Below, in pieces: positions 39,994 to 48,940 of a stretch of 64,000 nucleotides of DNA. Location of the stretch: contig JAZDJU010000005.1 of assembly GCA_043803685.1 (NCBI GenBank), forward strand, positions 1 to 64,000. Direction: 5' to 3'. The DNA is from Candidatus Omnitrophota bacterium (GTDB lineage Bacteria > Omnitrophota > Omnitrophia > Omnitrophales > Aquincolibacteriaceae). Position numbers and translations under genes: made by a program. How positions within the stretch are numbered: position 1 is the stretch's first letter; each line of letters begins with the position of its first letter. The notes beneath the pieces were generated by a model, which was not told the origin of the DNA, did not search any database, and saw nothing but the letters and a program-made list of their open reading frames with translations.

Positions 39994-40056
39994 GGTGTTC
40001 CATCGTCGCGACTCCGGGTCCCTCGTTGCTTTATGCGATTTCTGACGTGGTTACGC

Positions 40057-40085
40057 TTGCAATGGGGGTGGTGTTGTCTTATAAT
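40057..40085 (+). promoter_or_regulatory. Putative sigma70 promoter for the 40214 operon
   Basis: TTGCAA-17 bp-TATAAT. Confidence 0.65.
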
Positions 40086-40213
40086 TCCACCTCCGATGTT
40101 CGTCGATTTTCGCTGTGATGGAACGTCTTTTGTCCATTAGAGTTGCGTGCCATAAGACGAGTGTTTTCCGGTCTTTTTCTTTATAACCAGTTGCCCCAAA
40201 GAGAGATAGCTGA

Positions 40214-41203
40214 ATGATTCATGCCATAGTGACCGGTGGAGCGGGTTTCATCGGAAGTCATCTGGTGGAACTTTTGTTGCAGGAAGGCTATCAGGTCACG
40301 GTCCTGGATAACTTTTCCACGGGACGGCGGCAGAATTTGCAGCATCTCGCTCACTTCAAAACGCTTGCCGTCCATGAAGTGGACATCAGTTCCCTTGAGT
40401 CGATAAAACCTCTTTTTCAGAACGTGGATCATGTTTTTCATCTCGCGGCGCTCGCCGATATCGTCCCCTCCATTGAAAAGCCGATCGCCTATTACCAGGC
40501 TAATGTAAGCGGGACCGTAGCTGTTTTGGAGGCATGCCGGGCGGCGGGAGTCAAGCGTCTCGTCTATTCCGCCTCCTCCTCATGTTATGGCCTCGCTAAA
40601 GAATATCCCACAACGGAAGCCGCGAAGATCGCTCCCGAATATCCGTACGCGCTGACCAAAAACCTTGGCGAGCAGTGCGTGATGCACTGGAACAAGGTTT
40701 ATGGACTGCCGGCGATGGCGCTCCGTCTTTTTAATGTCTACGGACCCCGTGCCAGGACTTCGGGGACCTATGGCGCGGTCTTCGGTGTGTTCCTGGCGCA
40801 AATGCTCCACAAAAAACCGTTCACCGTCGTCGGTGACGGGACGCAGACCCGTGATTTTGTCTATGTGGCCGACGTTGCGAAAGCATTCTGGAGAGCCGCG
40901 AATTCCAATGTCTCAGGAGAAGCTGTCAATATTGGTTCCGGGAAGCCTGTCAGTGTCAACCGCATTACCGATATCCTTGGCGGAGAAGTAGTATTTGTTC
41001 CCAAACGTCCCGGGGAGCCGGACATCACGCACGCCGATATTACGAAGGCCCGCACACTCCTGGGCTGGGAGCCCACCGTTAAGATCGAGGAGGGCATTGG
41101 CAAGCTCATGGACAACATGAAGGATTTTGAGAAAGCCCCGGTCTGGACCCCGGATTCCATACGCGAAGCGACCAAAACCTGGTTTACCTATTTGAAAGGT
41201 TAA
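40214..41203 (+). CDS. NAD-dependent nucleotide-sugar epimerase/dehydratase (extended SDR)
   Basis: GGAGFIGSH, HLAALADIVPS, SASSSCYG, YALTK, FNVYGPR. Confidence 0.92.
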   Translation: MIHAIVTGGAGFIGSHLVELLLQEGYQVTVLDNFSTGRRQNLQHLAHFKTLAVHEVDISSLESIKPLFQNVDHVFHLAALADIVPSIEKPIAYYQANVSGTVAVLEACRAAGVKRLVYSASSSCYGLAKEYPTTEAAKIAPEYPYALTKNLGEQCVMHWNKVYGLPAMALRLFNVYGPRARTSGTYGAVFGVFLAQMLHKKPFTVVGDGTQTRDFVYVADVAKAFWRAANSNVSGEAVNIGSGKPVSVNRITDILGGEVVFVPKRPGEPDITHADITKARTLLGWEPTVKIEEGIGKLMDNMKDFEKAPVWTPDSIREATKTWFTYLKG

Positions 41204-41206
41204 TGC

Positions 41207-42790
41207 ATGAGCCCCAAAGTCAGATCGAAAGCCAAGTCTAAGGGTCCCCTTAAGCAAAAGGTGGATCATTTTGCTCAAAAGATCAAATCACTCGACGAGC
41301 TTGAAAAGATCATCGCAAAGTTCAAGAGGTCCGGCAAGAAGGTCGTACATTGCCACGGCGTTTTTGATCTTATGCACCCCGGCCACATTCATCATTTTTA
41401 CGCCGCACGGAAAAAAGGCGATTGTCTCGTCGTGACGATCACCAAGAATGAATATGTCGGAAAAGGACCGGGGCGGCCCGTATTCAATCAGCGATTGAGG
41501 GCTGAGTCGGTCGCGGCGGTGGAATGCGTTGACTACGTGGCGATCAATAACTGGCCGACCGCGATCGAGACCATTCAGAAGTTGAAGCCCAATTACTACG
41601 TGAAGGGGAGCGAGTATGCCGACGACACGGCGGACCTTACGGGTAATATCGCGGCGGAGCGAACGGCGATCGAAAGCGTCGGCGGAAAAATGGTCTTTAC
41701 GGATGAGGTGAAGTTCAGCTCGAGCAGTATTCTTAATACCTATTTCAACGTATTTTCTGAAGAGACAAAACTTTTCCTGCAACAGTTCCGGAAGCGTTAC
41801 AGCGAAGAGGATGTGATTCGCTATTTAAAAGACCTTCAGGGGATGAAGGTGCTGGTGCTCGGGGACGCGATCATCGACGAATACCACTATTGCAAAGCGC
41901 TTGGGAAATCCCCCAAAGAAACGATCGTGACGACGAAGTATGTTGGCGCTGAATCTTTTGCCGGCGGCGTGCTGGCTTGCGCCAATCACGTGGCTTCCTT
42001 GTGTGGCACGGTGGATCTCGTGACGTGTCTCGGACGTGAGAATTCCTATGAGGAATTCATCCGCAGTCACCTGAAACCGAATGTGACCCCTCATTTCTTC
42101 TTCCGGGAAAATGCCCCAACGATCATCAAGCGGCGGTTCGTGGAGCCTGTCTTTTTATCCAAGATGTTCCAGGTGAGCTTTCTCGAGGATTCGCTTTTGC
42201 CCGTCTCGACAGACGCTGCCTTACGCGCTCATTTGACCAAAATCCTTCCGAATTATGACGTTGTACTTGTGGCGGATTATGGTCATGGGTTCCTGAGTCC
42301 CGCGACCATTGAGCTTTTGGGGAAGAAAGCTAAATTTCTTGCCGTCAATACTCAGACCAACAGCGCCAACATCGGATTCAATCTCGTGACCAAGTATCGG
42401 CATGTGGACTACATCTGTATCGATGAGCCCGAGATCCGTTTGGCGATGCACGATAAAGTGGGACCCGTGGAGCCCTTGATCGACAGGGTTAGCAAGATTC
42501 TCAAGACAAAAATGGTCATGATCACGCGCGGGCATCTTGGGTCCGTTGCCCACAAGCCGGGGGAACCCTATTCCGCGACACCCATCTTTTCAAGCGAGAT
42601 CGTGGACCGTGTCGGCGCGGGCGACGCGTTTTTTGCCGTGACGGCGCCTTGTGCGGCCAAAAATTATCCCACAGACCTTATTGGTTTTATCGGGAATGCG
42701 GTGGGCGCTATGGCGGTCCGTATCGTTTGTAATCGTTCTTTCATCGAAATGGTGCCGTTAACCCGTTTCATCTCAACCTTGCTAAAATAA
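41207..42790 (+). CDS. Bifunctional nucleotidyltransferase / PfkB sugar kinase (HldE-like, reversed domain order)
   Basis: N-terminal HGVFDLMHPGH, KGPGRP, YVKG; C-terminal GDAIIDEY, DYGHG, DRVGAGDAF. Confidence 0.9.
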   Translation: MSPKVRSKAKSKGPLKQKVDHFAQKIKSLDELEKIIAKFKRSGKKVVHCHGVFDLMHPGHIHHFYAARKKGDCLVVTITKNEYVGKGPGRPVFNQRLRAESVAAVECVDYVAINNWPTAIETIQKLKPNYYVKGSEYADDTADLTGNIAAERTAIESVGGKMVFTDEVKFSSSSILNTYFNVFSEETKLFLQQFRKRYSEEDVIRYLKDLQGMKVLVLGDAIIDEYHYCKALGKSPKETIVTTKYVGAESFAGGVLACANHVASLCGTVDLVTCLGRENSYEEFIRSHLKPNVTPHFFFRENAPTIIKRRFVEPVFLSKMFQVSFLEDSLLPVSTDAALRAHLTKILPNYDVVLVADYGHGFLSPATIELLGKKAKFLAVNTQTNSANIGFNLVTKYRHVDYICIDEPEIRLAMHDKVGPVEPLIDRVSKILKTKMVMITRGHLGSVAHKPGEPYSATPIFSSEIVDRVGAGDAFFAVTAPCAAKNYPTDLIGFIGNAVGAMAVRIVCNRSFIEMVPLTRFISTLLK

Positions 42791-42791
42791 T

Positions 42792-43373
42792 ATGGATCCC
42801 CGCGATTATTTCTCTGAGCTTTACCGCTCCCTCGACCGTTTTGAGGTCCAGGATGAGCATGCTCGTGTGTTGACCCAGGCTGCGGGACTCTCGGGCGTGA
42901 TCGAGTGGATCGAAAAGCTCCAAAAAAAGAAGGGGAAAGTCATTTTTGTCGGGAACGGTGGAAGTGCTGCGATCGCGAGTCACCAGGCGGTCGATCTTTG
43001 GAAGAATGGTGGTATTCGGGCGGTGGCGTTCAATGACGCTTCGCTTCTAACCTGCTTGAGCAATGACTACAGCTACGCGGAAGTTTTTGAGAAGTCCCTT
43101 GCCATGTTCGCGGAGCCCGAGGACGTTCTGATCGCGATCAGCTCTTCCGGAAAATCCGCGAATATTCTGAAGGCTGTGGATAAAGCAAGATCCATCGGCT
43201 GTCGTGTGGCGACCCTGTCCGGTTTCAAACCCGATAATCCGCTTCGCACGAAAGGGCACCTCAATTTTTACGTGTCCTCGGAAAGTTACGGTATGGTCGA
43301 GGTCGCGCATCTGACGTTGTGTCATTACATCACCGACCACTTTGTCGCACGCGCCGCTTCCGCGTCGAAATGA
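42792..43373 (+). CDS. SIS-domain sugar-phosphate isomerase (GmhA-like)
   Basis: GNGGSAAIASH, TCLSND, ISSSGKSANI, VEVAH. Confidence 0.9.
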   Translation: MDPRDYFSELYRSLDRFEVQDEHARVLTQAAGLSGVIEWIEKLQKKKGKVIFVGNGGSAAIASHQAVDLWKNGGIRAVAFNDASLLTCLSNDYSYAEVFEKSLAMFAEPEDVLIAISSSGKSANILKAVDKARSIGCRVATLSGFKPDNPLRTKGHLNFYVSSESYGMVEVAHLTLCHYITDHFVARAASASK

Positions 43374-43388
43374 ACACGGTTCTCCCTC

Positions 43389-44456
43389 ATGGATAAATAC
43401 AGGATCGACAGCCATAAGTTGCTCTATCACGTCGGCCGGACAAGCGACTGGCTTTCCGGAAAGAATGTCTATCCTGTCTACGCCGAGATCTCACCCTGTG
43501 GCGCCTGCAATCACCGGTGCACGTACTGTGGCCTGGATTTTATGCAGTACCAGTCCCGGCGTCTGGAGACAGCCCTTCTTAAAGAGCGTCTGACCGAGTT
43601 GGGTCGTCTCGGCCTGAAAAGTATCATGTATGCCGGGGAAGGCGAGCCTTTCCTGCACAAGGACATGGCCGAGATCATCGAGCACACCAAGCGGGCCGGG
43701 ATCGATGTGGGACTCACCTCGAACGCGGTGCTCTTTGACGAAAAGGCGGCCCTCGCGACGCTTCCTCACATGTCGTGGATCAAGGTGAGCATCAACGGTG
43801 CCACTCCCGAAACCTACGCGAAGATCCACCAATGCAAGCCCGAGGATCTCGACCGGGTCATGAAGAATATGGCGTTCGCCGCGGAGGCGAAGAAAAAACA
43901 CGGTTATGCCTGCACGCTCGGAATGCAGCTCCTGCTTCTCCCCGAAAATCATCATGAGGCCCGGTTGCTTGCGGAAAAAGCCAAAGAGATCGGGATGGAT
44001 TATCTGGTGATCAAGCCCTACTCCCAGCATCCCCAGAGCAAGACCGAGATCTACAAGAATATCCGGTACAGTGATTTTGATTATCTGGAAAACGAGCTGA
44101 AGGGGCTGAGTGACGAACATTTCAACGTGATCTATCGCGTGCGGACCATGAAGAAATGGGACGAGGCCGCGCGGAGCTATCAACGCTGTCTGGCGCTGCC
44201 ATTCTGGACGTATATCGATGCCGGAGGAGACGTTTGGGGCTGCAGTATCTATCTCGGGGACAAAGACTTTCTCTATGGGAACATTTACAAGAATACTTTT
44301 CAGGAGATCTGGGAAGGCGAAGCCCGGAAGAAGTCCCTTGAAAAGGTCGCGACCTGTCTGAACGTCGAACATTGCCGGGTCAATTGCCGGATGGACGAGA
44401 TCAACCGGTACCTTTGGGAATTGAAAAATCCGCCGGCCCACGTTAATTTCATTTGA
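43389..44456 (+). CDS. Radical SAM protein with SPASM/twitch domain
   Basis: CNHRCTYC, GEGEP; C-terminal RC..GDVWGC..GNI..EIW..CRVNC. Confidence 0.92.
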   Translation: MDKYRIDSHKLLYHVGRTSDWLSGKNVYPVYAEISPCGACNHRCTYCGLDFMQYQSRRLETALLKERLTELGRLGLKSIMYAGEGEPFLHKDMAEIIEHTKRAGIDVGLTSNAVLFDEKAALATLPHMSWIKVSINGATPETYAKIHQCKPEDLDRVMKNMAFAAEAKKKHGYACTLGMQLLLLPENHHEARLLAEKAKEIGMDYLVIKPYSQHPQSKTEIYKNIRYSDFDYLENELKGLSDEHFNVIYRVRTMKKWDEAARSYQRCLALPFWTYIDAGGDVWGCSIYLGDKDFLYGNIYKNTFQEIWEGEARKKSLEKVATCLNVEHCRVNCRMDEINRYLWELKNPPAHVNFI

Positions 44457-45268
44457 TGAAGATCTCCCTGCAAGAAAAAGCCAACGCCGTTCGCGACGAA
44501 GTGCTCCGGATATGCGTCAGGAACAAGGCGGGACACATCGCCCCTTCGCTTTCGTGTGTCGATCTCCTGGTATCCCTTTACTACGACGTTCTGTCCTATG
44601 ACCCGAAGCGTCCGCTTTGGAACGACCGGGATCGGCTCATCTTTTCAAAGGCCCACGGCTGCTATGGCCTCTACGCGATCCTTGCCGATATCGGCGTGAT
44701 CCCGCGTCATGAGTGGGAGGGGTTCTACACGCCGCAAAGCACGCTCCGGGGATGTCTCGAGCGCCATGTCGAATATGGTCTCGAGGCGAGCTGCGGTTCA
44801 CTCGGTCACGGCTTGCCCATGGCGGTCGGGATCGCTTATGGAGCTAAATTGCAGGGGAAATCCTATCAAACGTACTGCGTGATCGGGGACGGCGAATTCC
44901 AGGAAGGGTCGGTCTGGGAAGCTTTGCAGTTCGCGGTGAAGCACGGGGTCGACAATCTGACGATCCTTGTGGACCATAACCGGTTGCAGGCGATGGATTT
45001 TGTCACGAATGTCCTCGACCGCGAAGAAAAGGAATTAGTAAGGCGTCTCAAAGGATTTGGGCTGATGCCCATGATCTGCCCCGGGCATGAGACGCTGGAG
45101 ATCGCGGCATGCATCCGGGCGGCTCAGGAAGATCCGGCGCGTGTGCCGCGCGTGATCGTGGCGGAGACGATCAAAGGGTTCGGCTTCAAGTGCATGGAGA
45201 ATGTTCCGAAGTTCCATTTCCGGGTCCCGAGCGAGGAAGAATTGGCGATGGGGAAGAGCTATGGCTGA
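44456..45268 (+). CDS. Transketolase-like protein, TPP-binding N-terminal subunit
   Basis: GHIAPSLS, DRLIFSKAHG, GSLGHGL, GDGEFQEGSVWE..DHN, TIKGFG. Confidence 0.92.
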   Translation: MKISLQEKANAVRDEVLRICVRNKAGHIAPSLSCVDLLVSLYYDVLSYDPKRPLWNDRDRLIFSKAHGCYGLYAILADIGVIPRHEWEGFYTPQSTLRGCLERHVEYGLEASCGSLGHGLPMAVGIAYGAKLQGKSYQTYCVIGDGEFQEGSVWEALQFAVKHGVDNLTILVDHNRLQAMDFVTNVLDREEKELVRRLKGFGLMPMICPGHETLEIAACIRAAQEDPARVPRVIVAETIKGFGFKCMENVPKFHFRVPSEEELAMGKSYG

Positions 45269-45752
45269 GACCGTTAACTTCCGGAAGGACATTCTCGATC
45301 TTCTTATCCCGGTGTTTCGCGCGGATCCCCGGTACCGTTTGCTCATTTGTGATATGGGTTTTGGCGCCGTGGACAAACTCCAGAACGAATTCCCGGATCG
45401 TATTGTAAATTGCGGCATCATGGAACAGGGGACGGTGGGAATCGCGGCCGGGATGTGTATGAGCGGTCTTATCCCGATCGTTTATTCGATGGTCAATTTC
45501 TTGGCGTATCGCGCGATCGAGCAGATCCGGAACGACGTGGTGTTGCAGGGGCTCAACGTGAAGTTTATCGCGACGGGAGCGAATGACTATTTTAAGTTTC
45601 TCGGCCCTTCCCATTGTTGCGGGACGGACGATGTCCGGTTGATGGAACTCATTCATATGAAAGTCTACGATCCCTACACGTCGACCGCGGAATTTCCAAA
45701 ACTTGTGAAGACGTGGATTGAAGACGCGAAAGCGGGTTATCTCCGTGTCTAA
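45261..45752 (+). CDS. Transketolase-like pyrimidine-binding subunit lacking the C-terminal domain (163 aa)
   Basis: DMGFG, NCGIMEQ..GIAAG, RAIEQIRND, GPSH, ends at GYLRV. Confidence 0.85.
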   Translation: MAETVNFRKDILDLLIPVFRADPRYRLLICDMGFGAVDKLQNEFPDRIVNCGIMEQGTVGIAAGMCMSGLIPIVYSMVNFLAYRAIEQIRNDVVLQGLNVKFIATGANDYFKFLGPSHCCGTDDVRLMELIHMKVYDPYTSTAEFPKLVKTWIEDAKAGYLRV

Positions 45753-46488
45753 CGTCCGAGACGAGAAAGAAGCGGCGCTCAAGTCTTTGACGGTCGTTAT
45801 TCCCGCCTATAACGAGTCCGAGAATATCGGGCCGACATGTCTCGGGATCGCGGCCCTTGCCGAAAAACATCTCGATCATTATGAGATCCTGGTCTTTGAT
45901 GATGCGAGTGCTGATTCTACGGCTGACAAAGTGCGCGAACTTGAGGTCGGGAATCCCAAGATCCGGTTGATCCGGAACGAACAGAACCGGGGGCTTGGGT
46001 ATAACTATTGCGAAGGTGTGCGTCAGGCCTCCTGCCGTTACGTGATGATGGTTCCCGGGGACAACGAAGTCATCGCAGCGTCCCTCGAGGAGATCTTCCG
46101 GACCTTGGGGACGGTCGATATCGGGATTTGCTACGCGGCCAATAGCGGGATCCGTCCTCGCGCGCGACAGTTCATCTCGAAACTTTTTACGGGCATCTTG
46201 AATACTCTTTTCGGATTGAAAGTCCTTTATTTCAACGGGCCGAACCTCTTGCGGACGGACCTCGCGAAAACCCATTTGCCTGACACTAGCAGCTTCGCCT
46301 ACATGGCCGTGATGTTGGTGACCCTTCTCAAGGAAGGCTATTCCTTCAAGCATTACACCTTCGAGCTGAAACCCCGCCTCTACGGAAAGACAAAGGCCTT
46401 CTGTCTGCAAAACGTCCTTCGGGTTATGCGGGACGTCGTCCGGTTATTCTGGAGCGTTCATTTTTCACCTTCCCGGAAATCATGCTAA
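45718..46488 (+). CDS. GT2, polyprenyl-phosphate glycosyltransferase type
   Basis: VVIPAYNESENI, DDASAD, NRGLG, PGDNE, R..GKTKA; start uncertain (TTG 45718 or GTG 45745). Confidence 0.85.
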   Translation: MKTRKRVISVSNVRDEKEAALKSLTVVIPAYNESENIGPTCLGIAALAEKHLDHYEILVFDDASADSTADKVRELEVGNPKIRLIRNEQNRGLGYNYCEGVRQASCRYVMMVPGDNEVIAASLEEIFRTLGTVDIGICYAANSGIRPRARQFISKLFTGILNTLFGLKVLYFNGPNLLRTDLAKTHLPDTSSFAYMAVMLVTLLKEGYSFKHYTFELKPRLYGKTKAFCLQNVLRVMRDVVRLFWSVHFSPSRKSC

Positions 46489-48425
46489 AGATCCTTTTTA
46501 TCTACAAGGAAGAGGATCCGATCGACCCGATGCAGATCGAGCTTCTCTCCGCGCTCGCTAAGCGCGAGGGACATGAGACCTTTCTCAATATCCTTCAGCA
46601 CAAGGACCTCGTCGCGGACCTCGAGCGGATCAAGCCGGATGTCGTGGCTTCAAGCGGCAAGACCGGGGAGCACAACACGTTCCTGAAGGTCAACCGGTTC
46701 ATCAAGGAAACCTATGGCGACACGATCTTCACGATCATGGGCGGCCCGCATCCGACGTTCAACCACAGCGGGATGCAGCTCCACGGGGAGACGGATCACG
46801 AGTTCCAGGTTTTCAGGGAGAAATTGGCCTTGGCTCGGGACCGGTCCAAGCATCATCTGATCCAACGACATGTGGTGGCCGAAAAGTCCGGACTCGACGC
46901 GCTATGCATCGGAGAGGGCGAGGACGCCTGGGTGGAATTGCTGCGGGCGTTGGATCAAAAAGGATCTATTGATTCCATTCCCAATATCGTGACCCCGACG
47001 AACCGCAAGGTCCGCCCGGTTCCGGAGTTCCGGGCGCGCCGCACGTTCCTGGATGACCTGCCTTTCTTTGATCGCGAGATCGTCTACGACAAGACGTTCT
47101 TGGCCCACTTTCCGATGCGCAGTTTTATGGCGAGTCGCGGATGTCCGTTCTGTTGCACCTATTGCTTCAATTTTGACTGGAATCAGCTCTACCAGCGTGC
47201 CGGAAAACTTCAGAAGATCCACAACCGGTACACGGTGGATCGCTTGATCGCCGAGGTCAAACACTGGATGGAGATCGAGCGTAAAAAAGGATATGCTCCC
47301 ACGCAATTCATCAAGTTCTACGACGACATGTTCGAGTTCCGGGTCAGTCCCTGGCTCGTGGAGTTCGCCGAGAAATTTCCGAAAGAGGTCGGGATCCCGT
47401 TCTCATGCCTCGTGCGCTGCGATATTTTCGCCAAAGAGCAGCCGGACGGTTCGATCAAGGAGAACGAGGAAGTTTTGCTTCTTCTGAAAAAGGCGGGGAT
47501 GCGGTCGATCAATATGTCCATTGAGGCCGGCAATAACTTTATTCGCGAGAATATCTTTGTCCGGAACATGACCGAAAAAGAGATTCGCGCGGCTTTCGCG
47601 ATGATGAAGCGGCACAAGATCGGAATTTTCGCAAACACCATTCTCGGCATTCCCGCGCCGGTGATCCCTCGTCGCGACGATCCCGATTTTGTTCCAAACC
47701 TTATCCGCTCGATCGATCAGACGGAGAAGGCGTTCACGGTCGCCCGAAAACAGGTGGGGAGGATTGGCGGAACGAAATTCCCCTCGCAGCTTGATGACAT
47801 TATGAAGAAGCTCAAAGACGGCTCTGCCACGGAGGATCATTTTCACCAGGCGCTCAGGCTTCTGGAGTCGATGGGACTTCGCTATGATCCGATCGATTAC
47901 GACATCGAGTCCGTGGAGCTTGCGGTCCAGACGGGAGTCCAGCAAAGCCTTTTTCCACGATTGGAACCTTATCCGGGAACTGTGGTCACGGATTATACGG
48001 TGGCGATCGGGGCTTTCGACGGGAATTTTGAGAAGATGCACTCCTCCTGTCTTTCCACATCCCTTTTTACGTGCTACACGCCTCGCCAGCGCAAGATCCA
48101 GGATAATCTTTCCTTCCTGGGGCAGGTCTGCGCGGTATGGCCGTGGCTCTGGCCTTTCGCGAAGAAGCATCTGATCTATTGGCCGCTCACGCGGCTCTAC
48201 TGGGCGCTCTTTGTTCTAATGAAAGCCTACGTCGTGAACAAATATATCTATCCGATGAAATTCGATCTCAGATCCTTTGTGAAGTCCGCTTACCGCATCG
48301 GGATGTTCGAGATCAAACAATTCTTTCAGAGCAAGGCCGATACGGAATTCTACCGCAAACCCGCCAAGTCGCTATCGGCTACCGCGTCTCCTGCGGGAGT
48401 TCTTGGCGGGCGATGGGAAAAGTGA
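46482..48425 (+). CDS. B12-binding radical SAM protein with two large insertions
   Basis: MGGPHPTF, IGEGE, SRGCPFCCTYC, SIEAGN, PYPGT. Confidence 0.9.
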   Translation: MLKILFIYKEEDPIDPMQIELLSALAKREGHETFLNILQHKDLVADLERIKPDVVASSGKTGEHNTFLKVNRFIKETYGDTIFTIMGGPHPTFNHSGMQLHGETDHEFQVFREKLALARDRSKHHLIQRHVVAEKSGLDALCIGEGEDAWVELLRALDQKGSIDSIPNIVTPTNRKVRPVPEFRARRTFLDDLPFFDREIVYDKTFLAHFPMRSFMASRGCPFCCTYCFNFDWNQLYQRAGKLQKIHNRYTVDRLIAEVKHWMEIERKKGYAPTQFIKFYDDMFEFRVSPWLVEFAEKFPKEVGIPFSCLVRCDIFAKEQPDGSIKENEEVLLLLKKAGMRSINMSIEAGNNFIRENIFVRNMTEKEIRAAFAMMKRHKIGIFANTILGIPAPVIPRRDDPDFVPNLIRSIDQTEKAFTVARKQVGRIGGTKFPSQLDDIMKKLKDGSATEDHFHQALRLLESMGLRYDPIDYDIESVELAVQTGVQQSLFPRLEPYPGTVVTDYTVAIGAFDGNFEKMHSSCLSTSLFTCYTPRQRKIQDNLSFLGQVCAVWPWLWPFAKKHLIYWPLTRLYWALFVLMKAYVVNKYIYPMKFDLRSFVKSAYRIGMFEIKQFFQSKADTEFYRKPAKSLSATASPAGVLGGRWEK

Positions 48426-48432
48426 TCCTGTT

Positions 48433-48936
48433 ATGAGAATGGCGACTCTGGTTCTGCCGCTCCTTTCATTCGCAGGATGTATGCTCCTGCATATTCTGAT
48501 CTGGCGGATCCGTAAACCCCGGGATCACGCGGGGGCGCTCCTGGCTGTTTTTCTGATTCCGCTTACCGTTCTTCCGTTCCTGGCGGGATGGTTCGGCTTT
48601 GCGGCCTCGTTATCCGAATGGGCCGCGATCTTCCTGCTTCATGCCGCCATGAGCATGGCGTATATCCAGATCTATCCCGCGAGCCAGGCGGACAGTCCGT
48701 CGCTGAAGGTCATGGTGCTGGTTTCCCAGGCCATGCCGAAAGGGTTAACCGCGGGGGAGATCACATCGCAATTCGATCCATCCCGGCTTTTTCACGACCG
48801 GATCGACGATCTTGCCGCTGTCGGACATATCGTACGCGATGGGGACCGGGTGCTCCTGACTTCCCGGGGGCGTCTGTTGATCGCTCCGTTCTTCTGGCTC
48901 CGGCGAATGATCGGGCTGCCGTGGGGAAAGGGCTAA
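48433..48936 (+). CDS. Hypothetical membrane protein with C-terminal winged-helix-like region
   Basis: About 3 hydrophobic helices, then SPSLKVM..LTAGEI..RIDDL..G....DGDRVLLTSRG. Confidence 0.6.
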   Translation: MRMATLVLPLLSFAGCMLLHILIWRIRKPRDHAGALLAVFLIPLTVLPFLAGWFGFAASLSEWAAIFLLHAAMSMAYIQIYPASQADSPSLKVMVLVSQAMPKGLTAGEITSQFDPSRLFHDRIDDLAAVGHIVRDGDRVLLTSRGRLLIAPFFWLRRMIGLPWGKG

Positions 48937-48940
48937 TATT

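Noticed and set aside
40135..40153. Sigma-54 promoter on the minus strand (TGGCACG)
   Set aside because: No TTGC at the -12 position and no gene to drive in that direction
44456..45752. Housekeeping pentose-phosphate transketolase or pseudogene
   Set aside because: Split type embedded in a nucleotide-sugar operon; clean ORFs with overlapping start/stop codons
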